Below are positions 20,023 through 30,354 of a stretch of 64,000 nucleotides of DNA, in pieces. Position 1 is the first letter of the stretch. The number at the start of each line of letters is the position of its first letter. Source of the stretch: an uncultured bacterium. Lineage in GTDB: Bacteria > Patescibacteriota > Minisyncoccia > Phycocordibacterales > CAIZLB01. The stretch covers positions 1,453-65,452 of the forward strand of contig CAIJKW010000018.1 of NCBI GenBank assembly GCA_903821355.1, in the 5' to 3' direction. Position numbers and translations under genes: made by a program. The notes beneath the pieces were generated by a model. It did no database searches. It was given only the letters and a program-made list of their open reading frames with translations, and had not been told where the DNA came from.

Positions 20023-20049
20023 CGCCCGGCGCGCGAAGCGCGCCGGGCG
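20023..20049. repeat. all-GC 12-bp inverted repeat with GAA loop
   Basis: CGCCCGGCGCGC-GAA-GCGCGCCGGGCG between divergent genes. Confidence 0.85.
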
Positions 20050-20073
20050 GACAGGTAACTAACTTAAAAAGCC

Positions 20074-20640
20074 ATGACATTATTCACGGGAAAAGGAGAC
20101 GATGGAACAACTAAAACCTTTGGCTGTGACCAAAGAATTTCAAAAAGTTCAAAAATAGCTGAAGCCCTTGGCTCACTTGATGAGACCAACTCGTTTCTAG
20201 GTTTGATTAAAGTCAAATCAGATGGGCTAGTTGGACTAGTCGGCGATTTTGAAATACTGGGAAAAAGTTTTACGGAAATAGTTAACAATATTCAACAGAA
20301 CCTTTTTATAATTCAAGCGGAGGTTGCAGGATCAAAAATGACAATTTCTGAAGAAAAGCTAAGAGAATGTGAAAACTACGTTAATGAGGCTGAAAAAATT
20401 CTTCCCCCAATCAAAACCTTTTTTGTATCAGGTGGTACAGAACTCGCGTCGCTCTTTGATGTTTCAAGAACATTAGCCAGAAAAGCTGAGAGAAGAGTGG
20501 TCTCTGCCTTTGATGGAGATTTAGAATTTGGAAAAATTAGTCTAGCTTATTTAAATAGACTTTCATCACTTCTATATGCTATGGCAAGATTATCAAACCA
20601 TGTTTTTGGAGTAGCAGAAGATGCACCTTCTTATAAATAA
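20074..20640 (+). CDS. PduO-type cob(I)alamin adenosyltransferase
   Basis: FTGKGDDGTT, GSLDETNSFLG, RTLARKAERR, YLNRLSSLLY. Confidence 0.92.
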   Translation: MTLFTGKGDDGTTKTFGCDQRISKSSKIAEALGSLDETNSFLGLIKVKSDGLVGLVGDFEILGKSFTEIVNNIQQNLFIIQAEVAGSKMTISEEKLRECENYVNEAEKILPPIKTFFVSGGTELASLFDVSRTLARKAERRVVSAFDGDLEFGKISLAYLNRLSSLLYAMARLSNHVFGVAEDAPSYK

Positions 20641-20684
20641 TGTATTATTTATAAAAATATTACAAAAAATTGAACCACAAATAA

Positions 20685-22031
20685 ATGGATCCAAACGCCA
20701 AATCAAACACGACAGAGGAAAATAAAACAGAAAAAGCTATACAAAAGTATTCAAAATCTAAGGATTTAATCATTGCAATCTTAGGAATAATAATTTTTGT
20801 AATAATAGTATCGCTACTTATATATGAAGGTGGTAATTCGCTTTTTAAATACTATGCAAAACATAATCCCAACTCAATCGCCGCATCTAATGGTGAATTA
20901 GACTCTATATCCACTGGAGACGCTGATATATCTTCTGTGGTTGATGGTATTGGCAATAGAATTAATAATATACTCGGAGGAAAAGATGAATTTGATAGTA
21001 AGAACAAAGACAGTTTGGTTTTATTAGATCAATCCACCACTACAGCATCAAGCACGCTAATTACAAAACCAGATACTCAATATGTAATAATATCTTTCGA
21101 TGGATCGAGATCTATTCCAATGTGGAATGAGACTCGTCAGTTCGCAAAAGATATGGCTTCTAAAGGAAAGCCTGTTCATTTTACTTATTTTATAAATCCA
21201 ATTTATTTAATTACAAAAGATGTTGCCAAAAAGCTTTATCAACCACCTACATCAAAGATTGGTGATTCACTCATTGGTTATGCCGATAGTGAACAGGATG
21301 TCAAATCAAGGGTTGAGCAAATAAATCTAGCTTATTCAGAAGGTAATGAAATTGGCTCCCACAACGTAGGACATTTCAATGGCTCAAAATGGAGTCTTGA
21401 TCAATGGCTACAAGAGTCTAATTCTTTCGATTCTATAATTGCTAATGTTCAAAAAAATAATCCAGATGTCGTAATTCAACCTTGGATATCTGGATTAACA
21501 AATGTTGTTGGTTTCAGGGCGCCAGAGCTTGGGGTTAATAGCGATTTATATAAAGCTTTGTCTGAAAAGAAGTATCTTTATGACGCTAGTGGAATTAGGA
21601 TGCCAAATAAATATCCAGTAAAAGACAAGAATGGTATTTGGCATATTGGTTTGGGTATTGTAAAAATGAAGGATTTAACATCTGATGGAATTGCCAGTGT
21701 TGGTAAACCTCATTACGTTTTATCCATGGACTATAATTTTTGGATGTTGCAATCTAGGGTCAAAAATATTGCCACAAAAGGAACACCGCTTTGGAACACC
21801 TACTTTGCTGAAATGAAAGACTCGTATTTAAATTATTTTAATAATAATTACGAAGGGAATCGTGCTCCAGTTGTTATCGGTCATCATTTTTCAGCATGGA
21901 ACGACGGCGTTTATTGGGAGGCTCTAAAGTCTTTTGCGGAAGATGTTTGCGGTAAGCCAAACGTTAAGTGCGTGACATTTAGAGAATATGTAGACTATTT
22001 GAATTCAGCTTCAAAACAAGACGCAAAATAG
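20685..22031 (+). CDS. membrane-anchored polysaccharide deacetylase (CE4-like)
   Basis: N-terminal TM; ISFDG, EIGSHNVGH, GFRAPEL, YDAS. Confidence 0.82.
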   Translation: MDPNAKSNTTEENKTEKAIQKYSKSKDLIIAILGIIIFVIIVSLLIYEGGNSLFKYYAKHNPNSIAASNGELDSISTGDADISSVVDGIGNRINNILGGKDEFDSKNKDSLVLLDQSTTTASSTLITKPDTQYVIISFDGSRSIPMWNETRQFAKDMASKGKPVHFTYFINPIYLITKDVAKKLYQPPTSKIGDSLIGYADSEQDVKSRVEQINLAYSEGNEIGSHNVGHFNGSKWSLDQWLQESNSFDSIIANVQKNNPDVVIQPWISGLTNVVGFRAPELGVNSDLYKALSEKKYLYDASGIRMPNKYPVKDKNGIWHIGLGIVKMKDLTSDGIASVGKPHYVLSMDYNFWMLQSRVKNIATKGTPLWNTYFAEMKDSYLNYFNNNYEGNRAPVVIGHHFSAWNDGVYWEALKSFAEDVCGKPNVKCVTFREYVDYLNSASKQDAK

Positions 22032-22119
22032 GCTCAAAAGTAACTCATGAGTAAAATTCGTCAAAAGACGATATTTGTGATATATATAGAGGGCATTAAA
22101 ACAAGATAATGCAACACAT

Positions 22120-22191
22120 GGTGCCCATAGCTTAGTGGTAAAGCTCCGGTCTGTGGATCCGGCTACGAGAGTTCGATCCTCTCTGGGCACC
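22120..22191 (+). tRNA. tRNA-His(GTG)
   Basis: G(-1) GTGCCCA TAGCTTAGTGGTAAAGC T CCGGT CTGTGGA TCCGG...GAGAG TTCGATC CTCTC TGGGCAC C. Confidence 0.93.
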
Positions 22192-22311
22192 CAATTAGCC
22201 AACAAAAAAGCGATGCGAGAGCGTCGTTTTTTTGTTGGTGCTAATTGGTTGTGCTTTGAGCTTCTGAAAGAAGCGAGCAGTGCACCTATAATTAGATGAT
22301 ATAATCATATT

Positions 22312-22569
22312 ATGTTCTCCGTTTATATACTAGAATGTTCTGATAAAAGCCTTTACGTTGGCTGTACTAATGATTTAGAAAAAAGATTAAATCAACATAA
22401 TAATCTAAAGTCTGGTGCGCATTACACAAAAATCAGACGACCTGTTGTTTTGAGGTACTCGGAAAACTTTCCTACACTATTGGAAGCAAGAGGTAGGGAG
22501 GCGGAAATTAAAAGATGGAAAAGGGAGGAAAAGATGAAATTAATACGTGTTACAACACTAAAAATATAG
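22312..22569 (+). CDS. GIY-YIG nuclease family protein (UPF0213-like)
   Basis: VYILECSDKSLYVGCTNDLEKRLNQHN...GAHYTKIRRPV...REAEIK. Confidence 0.92.
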   Translation: MFSVYILECSDKSLYVGCTNDLEKRLNQHNNLKSGAHYTKIRRPVVLRYSENFPTLLEARGREAEIKRWKREEKMKLIRVTTLKI

Positions 22570-22578
22570 TACAATGGT

Positions 22579-23193
22579 ATGATGAATTTAATATCGGATC
22601 CAGTCGTTTTTCTAACCAGCATACTAGGCTTTGCCTCATATTTTAGATATCCATTAATTGCCATTGGTACTATTATAGAGGGACCGATATTGATGATTGC
22701 TTCAGGTTTTTTTTACAGAACAGGCTTTTTTGAAATAGTCCCTCTATTTATAGCAATATTAATAGGAGATTTGATTGGCGATGTTTTCTGGTATGTTGTT
22801 GGTAGGTATTTTGCTGAGCCGGTTTTAAATAGGCATGGAAAATTTGTTGGAATTACACCTGAGAGATTTGAAAAGATAAAAGAATTGTTCAAAAAATACC
22901 ACGAAAGAATATTACTTTTTTCTAAATTGACTATAGGGCTTGGATTTGCCCTCGGAGTCTTGATTGTGGCTGGAGCTACAAAAGTTTCTTTTAAAAGATA
23001 TATGATCATTAATCTTTTAGGAGAAGTTTTCTTGGTCGCTATAATGCTTACTATCGGATACTTCTTTGGGGAAGTTTATTCTAATATATCGGATAACTTT
23101 AAAGCCGGATTCCTGATAATAGTCGCTTTGCTTATTTTATCTTTCTCTTACTTCTTCTCTCGATATGTTAAAAAGAAGAGCGAAGAGTTATAA
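22579..23193 (+). CDS. DedA-family membrane protein
   Basis: IIEGP, GDLIGDVFWYVVGR, AGATKVSFKRY. Confidence 0.88.
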   Translation: MMNLISDPVVFLTSILGFASYFRYPLIAIGTIIEGPILMIASGFFYRTGFFEIVPLFIAILIGDLIGDVFWYVVGRYFAEPVLNRHGKFVGITPERFEKIKELFKKYHERILLFSKLTIGLGFALGVLIVAGATKVSFKRYMIINLLGEVFLVAIMLTIGYFFGEVYSNISDNFKAGFLIIVALLILSFSYFFSRYVKKKSEEL

Positions 23194-23230
23194 TATTAAT
23201 TAAATAAACAACACACAAAAACACAAACAT

Positions 23231-23944
23231 ATGATTTCCTTTATTATTCCGACGCTGAACGAAGAAAAAACCATAGAAAACACTCTTAAATCAATAGGTG
23301 TTTTTTCTGGAGAGAAGGAAATTATAATTTCCGATGGAAAAAGTGGGGACAAAACAGTTGAGATTGCCAAAAAATACACAGATAAAATTGTTGTGCATAA
23401 TGGTTTTGGAAGACAAAATATTCCACAAGGTAGAAACGATGGTGCAAAGATAGCGACGGGCGAGTACATCGTCTTTGTTGATGCTGACGTAACCATTTTG
23501 GATATTAATAATTTTATAGCGCGTGGTGAAAATTATTTTAAAAAAGACAAAAAACTAGTTGCTATTACCGCTGGATGCATCGTCTTTGAAGATGTTGCGA
23601 CAATCTTTGATAAAATAATTTTTAAGATTCTAGCCCTATACTTTACATTCCTTAATTTTATTGGACTTGGGGCAGCGGGAGGGGAGTTTCAAATGATTAA
23701 AAGAGAGGCCTTTCTTAAGGTTGGGGGTTTTAATGAAAAACTTGCAGCAAGTGAAGACATGGATTTGTTTTGGCGCTTAGCCAAAATCGGTAGAACTAAA
23801 TTACCCATCGGATTTAACGTCTATCACACAGGAAGAAGAGCTCATAAAATTGGTTGGCCAAAACTTTTGTGGCAATGGTCATCTAATACAATAAAGGTTT
23901 TTTTCTTTAAAAAAGCCCCTAGTGAGTGGAAGGAGATAAGATAA
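23231..23944 (+). CDS. glycosyltransferase family 2
   Basis: SFIIPTLNEE, DGKSGD, FVDAD, GGFNE..ASED. Confidence 0.92.
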   Translation: MISFIIPTLNEEKTIENTLKSIGVFSGEKEIIISDGKSGDKTVEIAKKYTDKIVVHNGFGRQNIPQGRNDGAKIATGEYIVFVDADVTILDINNFIARGENYFKKDKKLVAITAGCIVFEDVATIFDKIIFKILALYFTFLNFIGLGAAGGEFQMIKREAFLKVGGFNEKLAASEDMDLFWRLAKIGRTKLPIGFNVYHTGRRAHKIGWPKLLWQWSSNTIKVFFFKKAPSEWKEIR

Positions 23945-24045
23945 AAAGTCTTAATAGTAAAATAGTCCGAAAAATAATTGGAAATGTTTTTAAATGTATC
24001 ATTATCGGTATGGATTTATATTTGTAAGTCAGTATAATTAGTGAG

Positions 24046-24723
24046 ATGAAACTTCACATAGTCTTCAACAAAGAAACTTGGTATTCGAGATTACTTTCTA
24101 TCATTTTTTTACTCGGCGTATTTCCTTGCCTTGTGTTCTATATTGGCCAAAGATATCAAGAGTATATTGATTTTATGGACGGCACAGCATATACGTCATT
24201 AGATTGGCATAATTCTGACTATCTCCAAGATTACAATCCTCGTAATAATCAACAGTATATATTAGAAAATAAAATAGAAGGGAAATGGAAGAGCGTTAAT
24301 GACCCCAAGTTTACCCTAATATTTATTGACCTAAATAGATATTTTGAATATTACGATGGTTCGATAGTCAATTCTGGGGCTTGGTTTCTAAAGCAGAGTT
24401 TGATCAATACAAAATTTGCAAATATGCCATCATCAAGTTTTGTGATTGGATCTAGTACAAAATCAGACGATGTAAACACCTATTTATATGAAAGACTAAT
24501 AGACAGTAATCAAAGTCTTGCCCAGAAACAACAAGTACAGAAAGAGTTGATATCCAAAAAAACCGACAAGGGTCTTCTAAATTTATATAAAAATGATTTT
24601 ATTTATAAAATCTCTTTTTCTTCTGACTACAATAAATTAACCTTATTATTTCTTGAGACGGGTGAGACATTGAATTTTACGAGAGAATTTTATAACCCCG
24701 GAAGTTTGGATGATCTAAATTAA
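24046..24723 (+). CDS. membrane-anchored hypothetical protein
   Basis: N-terminal TM; IEGKWKS beta-rich domain; TATAAT-N7-ATG upstream. Confidence 0.7.
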   Translation: MKLHIVFNKETWYSRLLSIIFLLGVFPCLVFYIGQRYQEYIDFMDGTAYTSLDWHNSDYLQDYNPRNNQQYILENKIEGKWKSVNDPKFTLIFIDLNRYFEYYDGSIVNSGAWFLKQSLINTKFANMPSSSFVIGSSTKSDDVNTYLYERLIDSNQSLAQKQQVQKELISKKTDKGLLNLYKNDFIYKISFSSDYNKLTLLFLETGETLNFTREFYNPGSLDDLN

Positions 24724-24738
24724 GATTTAAAATATACC

Positions 24739-25992
24739 CTAGAGAAAACGAGCCGTAGTGGTCGCAATCATGTCGTTAACCCCACTCGGTTCTGTACCCG
24801 TTCCCTCGGAGGTTACGTTGATGGTACTGGTCGATGTTGTTGGTGTTGTTGATGATGAGGTTGTTGTTGCTGTAGAAAAATTTAAGAAATCTTGAATAGT
24901 TATCTTATCGGTAAAAATATCTTTTGCATTGTCTACTCCTATATATCTAAAATGCCAAGGCTCATAAATATAGCCAGTTTCTTTTTGTTTTTTATCAGGA
25001 TAACTCATTATAAAACCATATTTATAACTGTTTTGCGCCATCCATTTTCCTTCTTTACTATTTGCAAAACTCGGGCTAACCCCAGCATATCCAATACTTT
25101 TTCCGCTCACATCTATTGTTGTACCTAGTTGATGCTCAGAGTGTCCCGCTTCTGCAATACCTGCTTTTGCGGCATTACCACTTTTATTTATCCAAAGAGA
25201 ATAAAGAAACTTTTGCATTTCAGCACTTCTATAGGAAGATGTAATAGCAATGTCTAACTTTTGTTTTTTTGCATCGCCAATCATTTCATCTAGGTGCCTA
25301 ACTATTCTTTCAGAAACACACATTACGCCAATGGTTTTTATTGGATTTAAAACCCTAGTCAAATCTTGAGGAATATAATCAAGTGGTACAGACGTTGATC
25401 TATTTAGGTTCTCAAAAACCTTATTGAAATCACTTTCTACCATATTATCAACCCCAATTTTTCTAACAGCTGTTGGGCAAAGTTCCTTGTACACCAACTC
25501 GTTGACGACAGATTTTGTTACAGTGTCTAATTCTCCCGTTATTGGGACGTTAAGCTTTGCCTGTAAACTTCTGAGGGCGGATTCTGTTTTTGGTCCAAAA
25601 TTATTGGTCATAGTCCATTTTGTTTTATCATTTAACAAAGATTTTAATATAATTTGAAGAACCATAACATCATTGCCTTTTGACCCCCTTTTTAATTTTC
25701 TGTTGAAATCGCCATTTTCTTGCCAAACCTTTATTGCATTGATTGCTATTGTTGGAGAGGCTGTATTTTCTAAAAGGCTAACCGCGTCTGTGCTTGTTGC
25801 CGTGTTTGCTGCCGTGTTTGTTGTCGTACTTGTACTCGTTGAAGCATTCATCATCGAGTTTGTATTCAAAATATCAATTTGTGGGGAATAGGGGATGGTT
25901 ACTGATGCTTGTGCCGGAGATATAGCCCAAATACTTCCTGAAATCAGAAAAACAGCAATGACAATATTTGGTTTGTGGATATTTGAAATCAT
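24739..25992 (-). CDS. D,D-carboxypeptidase (M15B/VanY) with peptidoglycan-binding domain
   Basis: signal peptide, LKRGSKGNDVMVLQ PG-binding, SSYRS, SEHQLGTTID, YEPWHFRYIG. Confidence 0.92.
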   Translation of the reverse strand: MISNIHKPNIVIAVFLISGSIWAISPAQASVTIPYSPQIDILNTNSMMNASTSTSTTTNTAANTATSTDAVSLLENTASPTIAINAIKVWQENGDFNRKLKRGSKGNDVMVLQIILKSLLNDKTKWTMTNNFGPKTESALRSLQAKLNVPITGELDTVTKSVVNELVYKELCPTAVRKIGVDNMVESDFNKVFENLNRSTSVPLDYIPQDLTRVLNPIKTIGVMCVSERIVRHLDEMIGDAKKQKLDIAITSSYRSAEMQKFLYSLWINKSGNAAKAGIAEAGHSEHQLGTTIDVSGKSIGYAGVSPSFANSKEGKWMAQNSYKYGFIMSYPDKKQKETGYIYEPWHFRYIGVDNAKDIFTDKITIQDFLNFSTATTTSSSTTPTTSTSTINVTSEGTGTEPSGVNDMIATTTARFL

Positions 25993-26022
25993 ATTATTTT
26001 ATATAAGTAGTATACTATAAAT

Positions 26023-26406
26023 ATGACAAATTCTAACAATGAACAAGGTATGTGGTCTCTTGGTCTAGTCTTTAAATCTTTCGGATATGCCTTAAACGGC
26101 ATCAAACATGTTTTTAAAAATGAAAGAAACTTTAGGTTGCATGTTCTAAGCTCCATTTTGGTTCTGATTTGCGCATTCTATTTTAACTGTGATTTAATCG
26201 AATTTGCCCTTTTGGTAATTGTCATGTCTGTGGTCTTGATAACAGAAATAATTAACAGCGCCATTGAATACACTTGGGACAAATTAGAACCCAATCATCA
26301 TCCTGTCATTGGAATTATAAAAGACGCCATGTCTGGATCGGTCTTAATTGCATCCCTCTCTGCTCTAATCGTTGGTATAATGGTAGTGCTTAGACATTTA
26401 ATTTAA
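26023..26406 (+). CDS. dgkA: DgkA-family diacylglycerol/undecaprenol kinase
   Basis: SFGYALNGI, ERNFRLH, EIINSAIE, KDAMSGSV. Confidence 0.9.
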   Translation: MTNSNNEQGMWSLGLVFKSFGYALNGIKHVFKNERNFRLHVLSSILVLICAFYFNCDLIEFALLVIVMSVVLITEIINSAIEYTWDKLEPNHHPVIGIIKDAMSGSVLIASLSALIVGIMVVLRHLI

Positions 26407-26441
26407 GATCGTATTATTATATTCAGACAATTTCTACCAAA

Positions 26442-27008
26442 ATGAATTCAACTATACTTTTATTTGCACAAAAACTAGATATAAATGTTCTGCACTTCAT
26501 ATCTAGTCACACAAGTCCTTTTGGTATTAAATTAGCAATATTCGCCAGCAGTATTGGTAGTCCGTTGTCTTTCTTTTTGATTACGATTGGTATGTGCTTA
26601 ATATTTTGGCTACATAAAAAACCTTACCATTTACTTCAGTTTTTAATTACATTAGCTTCTGGATTCATCGTTGTTTACTTAATAAAGATATTTACAGCAA
26701 GACCAAGACCCGCGGAAGCGTTAATTGAAGTTAGTGGATATTCCTTTCCAAGCGCGCATGCCACAATTGCAACTTTGTTCTGTTTTATAATTATATTTGC
26801 TTACAAGAGTCATATAAAAAACCGTTTATTAAAATTTATTTTTATACTATTTTTCATAATTTCAGCATTAGCCATATCTTTTAGTCGAATATATTTGTCG
26901 GCTCACTATATGAGCGACGTTGTCGTTGGGATCACTATTGGTTTGCTTATTTCCTCAATCTCTGTCTTCATATTTGAAAACTTTTTTGGGAAGGAGAATC
27001 TGATATAA
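26442..27008 (+). CDS. PAP2-family phosphatase
   Basis: KIFTARPRP, SFPSAHA, SRIYLSAHYMSDV. Confidence 0.92.
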   Translation: MNSTILLFAQKLDINVLHFISSHTSPFGIKLAIFASSIGSPLSFFLITIGMCLIFWLHKKPYHLLQFLITLASGFIVVYLIKIFTARPRPAEALIEVSGYSFPSAHATIATLFCFIIIFAYKSHIKNRLLKFIFILFFIISALAISFSRIYLSAHYMSDVVVGITIGLLISSISVFIFENFFGKENLI

Positions 27009-27016
27009 TTCTTTCT

Positions 27017-27811
27017 ATGAACATAATACATGCAATAATTTTGGGTGCAGTTGAGGGAATTACGGAGTTTTTACCAATATCTTCAACTGGACACATGATC
27101 TTGGTTTCAAGGTTGCTTGGTTTAAAAGACACAGATTTTTTAAAAACTTTTGAAATATTTATTCAACTTGGAGCTATTCTTGCTGTTGTGGTCCTATACT
27201 TCAAAAGGTTAATAACCTCAGTAGATACCATCAAAAAAGTTATAATTGCATTTATCCCAACAGCTATTATAGGCCTAATTCTTCATGATTTCGTTAAAAA
27301 ATATTTATTAGCAAGTCCTGTCGTTGTTTCTGTCGCTCTAATCGTCGGCGGTGTCTTGATCATTTGGTTTGAAAAATGGAATGCAAAACAACACGTAGGT
27401 CCAAGTATTAAACAGGGTGATAAAATAAATATCAGTTATATGCAAGCTGTGAAAGTTGGATTGTATCAATCAATTGCTATGATTCCTGGAGTTTCAAGAT
27501 CTGCTGCAACAATTGTTGGAGGTCAAATTTCTGGTATCTCGAGAATTGAAATTGTGGAATTTTCTTTCTTCCTAGCTATTCCTACAATGGTCGCTGCATC
27601 TGCTTTGGATTTATATAAAGGAGTAGGGGAGATTGGGTCTAATGAAATAATACTTTTATCCGTTGGTTTTGTCTCTGCTTTTGTGGTTGCCATCCTTGCG
27701 ATTAAAAGCTTCTTAAATTATATTAAGAAACATAATTTTGTAAATTTTGCCATATATAGAATAATTGTAGGTATTTTGTTTTTGATTTTGTTATACACTA
27801 TTGGTTTCTAA
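27017..27811 (+). CDS. uppP: undecaprenyl-diphosphate phosphatase
   Basis: VEGITEFLPISSTGH, IQLGAILA, PGVSRSAAT, EFSFFLAIP. Confidence 0.96.
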   Translation: MNIIHAIILGAVEGITEFLPISSTGHMILVSRLLGLKDTDFLKTFEIFIQLGAILAVVVLYFKRLITSVDTIKKVIIAFIPTAIIGLILHDFVKKYLLASPVVVSVALIVGGVLIIWFEKWNAKQHVGPSIKQGDKINISYMQAVKVGLYQSIAMIPGVSRSAATIVGGQISGISRIEIVEFSFFLAIPTMVAASALDLYKGVGEIGSNEIILLSVGFVSAFVVAILAIKSFLNYIKKHNFVNFAIYRIIVGILFLILLYTIGF

Positions 27812-27908
27812 TCTAATAGATAGATAAAAATTATATTATACATTGTTGTTGTTTCGTTTTTTAAAAAAATATTTGAATCTTTTTATAATACTCTGCTATA
27901 ATATATGT

Positions 27909-28907
27909 ATGGTAATTAAAAAACAACTTAAGAAAGATGGAGGAGATATAAAAAGTTTTCTAGAATTGAACTCAATACTAAAAATTGTTTCAATATTATT
28001 TATTTTATCAATAACTGTATTGGCTATCGTAAATATTTTTGATGGAAAAGAAAATAAATCAGATGCACAAAATGTAATAAGTGTTTCTGGTCATGGTGAA
28101 ATTAGTTTGAAGCCTGACACAACTAAATTTACAATTTCTGTAACGGAGACAGGTAAAGACATGAAGACTTCTCAAGATGCTGCAAAAGCTAAGATAAATA
28201 GTGCAATTGCAATTCTTAAACAAAACGGTGTTCCTGATAAGAACATTAAGAATATAAATTATGATACGTACCCAAAGTACAGTTCAAGAACTTCCACCTG
28301 CTCTCCCTCCTCGGTCATTAAGGGTGCTCCCATAGCGGCTCCTGCTCCAGCCCTAAAATCATTAAACACATCTTCATCAAGTGTTGTTAAGAGCCGTGTT
28401 GTTTCAAAGACCAGCACCACAAAAACTAATGTCGCCAGTGTTGCCGTTGCCGGAAGCGCAGGGGTTGCTGGATCGGTTTCTCCAAATTGTATAGACAGAA
28501 CTTCTGAAATTATTGGATATGAAACTAATCAATCTATAGAGGTTAAAATTACAGATATAAGCAAAAATCCAGATTTGGCTGGAGTATTGATCTCCGCTGT
28601 TGGGGCTATTGGGGTACAAACAAGTGGACTAACAAGCTTTATTGATAATATTGACTTATCGAAACAATATGCCAGAGAACAAGCTATATTAAAGGCAAAA
28701 ACTCAAGCTAAAGACATTGCTGAGTCTTTAGATATAAAGCTTGGTAAAATAACTTCTTTCTCTGAAAATACTAATGGTGGTGGATATCCATATCCAATGA
28801 TGATGAACGCAAAGGTGACTGGGCCTGCTGATTCAGCTCCAATTAGTCTACCAACAGGGGAGACTACGGTTACATCCGATGTCAATATTACCTATAGTAT
28901 TAGGTAA
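27909..28907 (+). CDS. SIMPL (DUF541) domain protein
   Basis: ISVSGHGEISLKPD, AREQAILKAKTQAKDIA, LGKITSFSE, GETTVTSDVNITY; start at ATG 27909 after TGcTATAAT. Confidence 0.88.
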   Translation: MVIKKQLKKDGGDIKSFLELNSILKIVSILFILSITVLAIVNIFDGKENKSDAQNVISVSGHGEISLKPDTTKFTISVTETGKDMKTSQDAAKAKINSAIAILKQNGVPDKNIKNINYDTYPKYSSRTSTCSPSSVIKGAPIAAPAPALKSLNTSSSSVVKSRVVSKTSTTKTNVASVAVAGSAGVAGSVSPNCIDRTSEIIGYETNQSIEVKITDISKNPDLAGVLISAVGAIGVQTSGLTSFIDNIDLSKQYAREQAILKAKTQAKDIAESLDIKLGKITSFSENTNGGGYPYPMMMNAKVTGPADSAPISLPTGETTVTSDVNITYSIR

Positions 28908-29036
28908 GTTAGAGCTCAGGGTGCCAGGAAGATAACCCTCGCTCTATTTGACAGAATCAGATTGAGACTATATACTCATAAACGTTAAAATAACATCTTA
29001 AAACGCCCGAAAGGGTGTTTTAAAATACCAAAATAT

Positions 29037-29222
29037 ATGTCAATAAAACAATATATAAGCGAAACAAAATCAGAAATGAAGCACGTAAGTTGGCCAACAA
29101 GAAAGCAGACTATTGTTTACACAACATTAGTTATCGTCGTCTCATTGGTCGTAGCTTTATACGTTTCAGGCCTTGATACTGTCTTTACAAGTTTGTTCAC
29201 ACAATTTGTATTGCGTTCTTAA
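29037..29222 (+). CDS. secE: preprotein translocase subunit SecE
   Basis: EMKHVSWPTRK + TM; upstream of nusG. Confidence 0.95.
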   Translation: MSIKQYISETKSEMKHVSWPTRKQTIVYTTLVIVVSLVVALYVSGLDTVFTSLFTQFVLRS

Positions 29223-29242
29223 AAGTTAATTTTTAAATAACC

Positions 29243-29785
29243 ATGTCAAAACAAGAACAAGGAGAAAGAAATTGGTATGCCATTCATACCTATGCTGGAT
29301 ATGAAAATGCTGTTATGAGAAATCTCAAACAGCGTACTGAGTCTCTTTGCATGGATGATCGCATATTCAATGTAATTGTTCCCACAGAAAAGAAGATTAA
29401 AATAAAAGGCAGCAAGAGAATAGAGGAGGAAGAAAAAATCTACCCAGGTTACATCTTGGTAGATATGATTGTAAACGATGATACATGGTACATGGTTAGA
29501 AACACTCCTAGAGTTACTGGCTTTGTTGGTTCAGGTACAATTCCTGTTCCTCTAGACAAGAAAGAAGTGGAGGAGTTGTTTAGAAGAATGTCCAACGATA
29601 ACGTTAAGCATACAATTAATCTTAACATTGGTGACCTGGTTAAGGTTGTAGACGGTCCATTTAAGGACTTGGAAGGTAAGGTCTCCGAGATTGATACAGA
29701 GAAGGGAAGAGTCCGTGTCCTTGTATCGATGTTTGGTAGAGAGACACCGGTTGAGCTCGACTTCTTGCAAGTTAAGCCGATATAG
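29243..29785 (+). CDS. nusG: transcription factor NusG
   Basis: WYAIHTYAGYE, YPGYILV, TPRVTGFVG, MFGRETPVEL. Confidence 0.97.
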   Translation: MSKQEQGERNWYAIHTYAGYENAVMRNLKQRTESLCMDDRIFNVIVPTEKKIKIKGSKRIEEEEKIYPGYILVDMIVNDDTWYMVRNTPRVTGFVGSGTIPVPLDKKEVEELFRRMSNDNVKHTINLNIGDLVKVVDGPFKDLEGKVSEIDTEKGRVRVLVSMFGRETPVELDFLQVKPI

Positions 29786-29872
29786 GGTATTTTATAAGAA
29801 CCTTGGCCAGAGACGTCTTCGCTTCTTAGGCGGTTATGGCCATAAATAAAGAAAAACAATTAATATATATTT

Positions 29873-30298
29873 ATGGCAAAAAAAATAATCAAATCATTAA
29901 AGTTAGAAATTCCTGCTGGAAAAGCAAATCCTGCTCCTCCAGTTGGTCCTGCACTTGGTCAGGCTGGTGTTAACATTGGAGAATTTGTTAAAAGATTCAA
30001 CGACGCAACAGCTCCTATGGCAGGGGATATTATACCTGTAGTTATAACAGTTTTTGAAGATAGAACTTTTGACTTCGTTCTTAAAACTCCTCCAGCAGCA
30101 AGTTTGGTGCTTAAGGCAACTGGAGTAGAAAAAGGATCAGGTCACCCAAATACAAAGAAAGTTGGAAAAATCACAAAAGCTCAAGTTCAAAAAATTGCGG
30201 AGCAAAAGATGCCAGATCTAAACGCAAAAGATTTAGCTGGTGCAATGAAGATGATAGAAGGAACATGTGCTTCTCTAGGGATAGAGGTAATTGCATAA
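29873..30298 (+). CDS. rplK: 50S ribosomal protein L11
   Basis: [31 protein letters not shown]. Confidence 0.97.
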   Translation: MAKKIIKSLKLEIPAGKANPAPPVGPALGQAGVNIGEFVKRFNDATAPMAGDIIPVVITVFEDRTFDFVLKTPPAASLVLKATGVEKGSGHPNTKKVGKITKAQVQKIAEQKMPDLNAKDLAGAMKMIEGTCASLGIEVIA

Positions 30299-30326
30299 CT
30301 CAAAGAGGGTCATTTGGTATCAAGCA

Positions 30327-30354
30327 AAACCTCATGGATAAAACCATGAGGTTT
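30327..30354 (+). terminator. terminator directly after rplK
   Basis: aaacctcatgg...ccatgaggttt inverted repeat. Confidence 0.75.

Noticed and set aside
22011-22205. Short ORFs over tRNAs or antisense to long genes (e.g. 11816-12082, 22011-22205, 29449-29859, 40075-40497, 46168-46617)
   Set aside because: Shadow ORFs of tRNAs or conserved genes, with no protein motifs.
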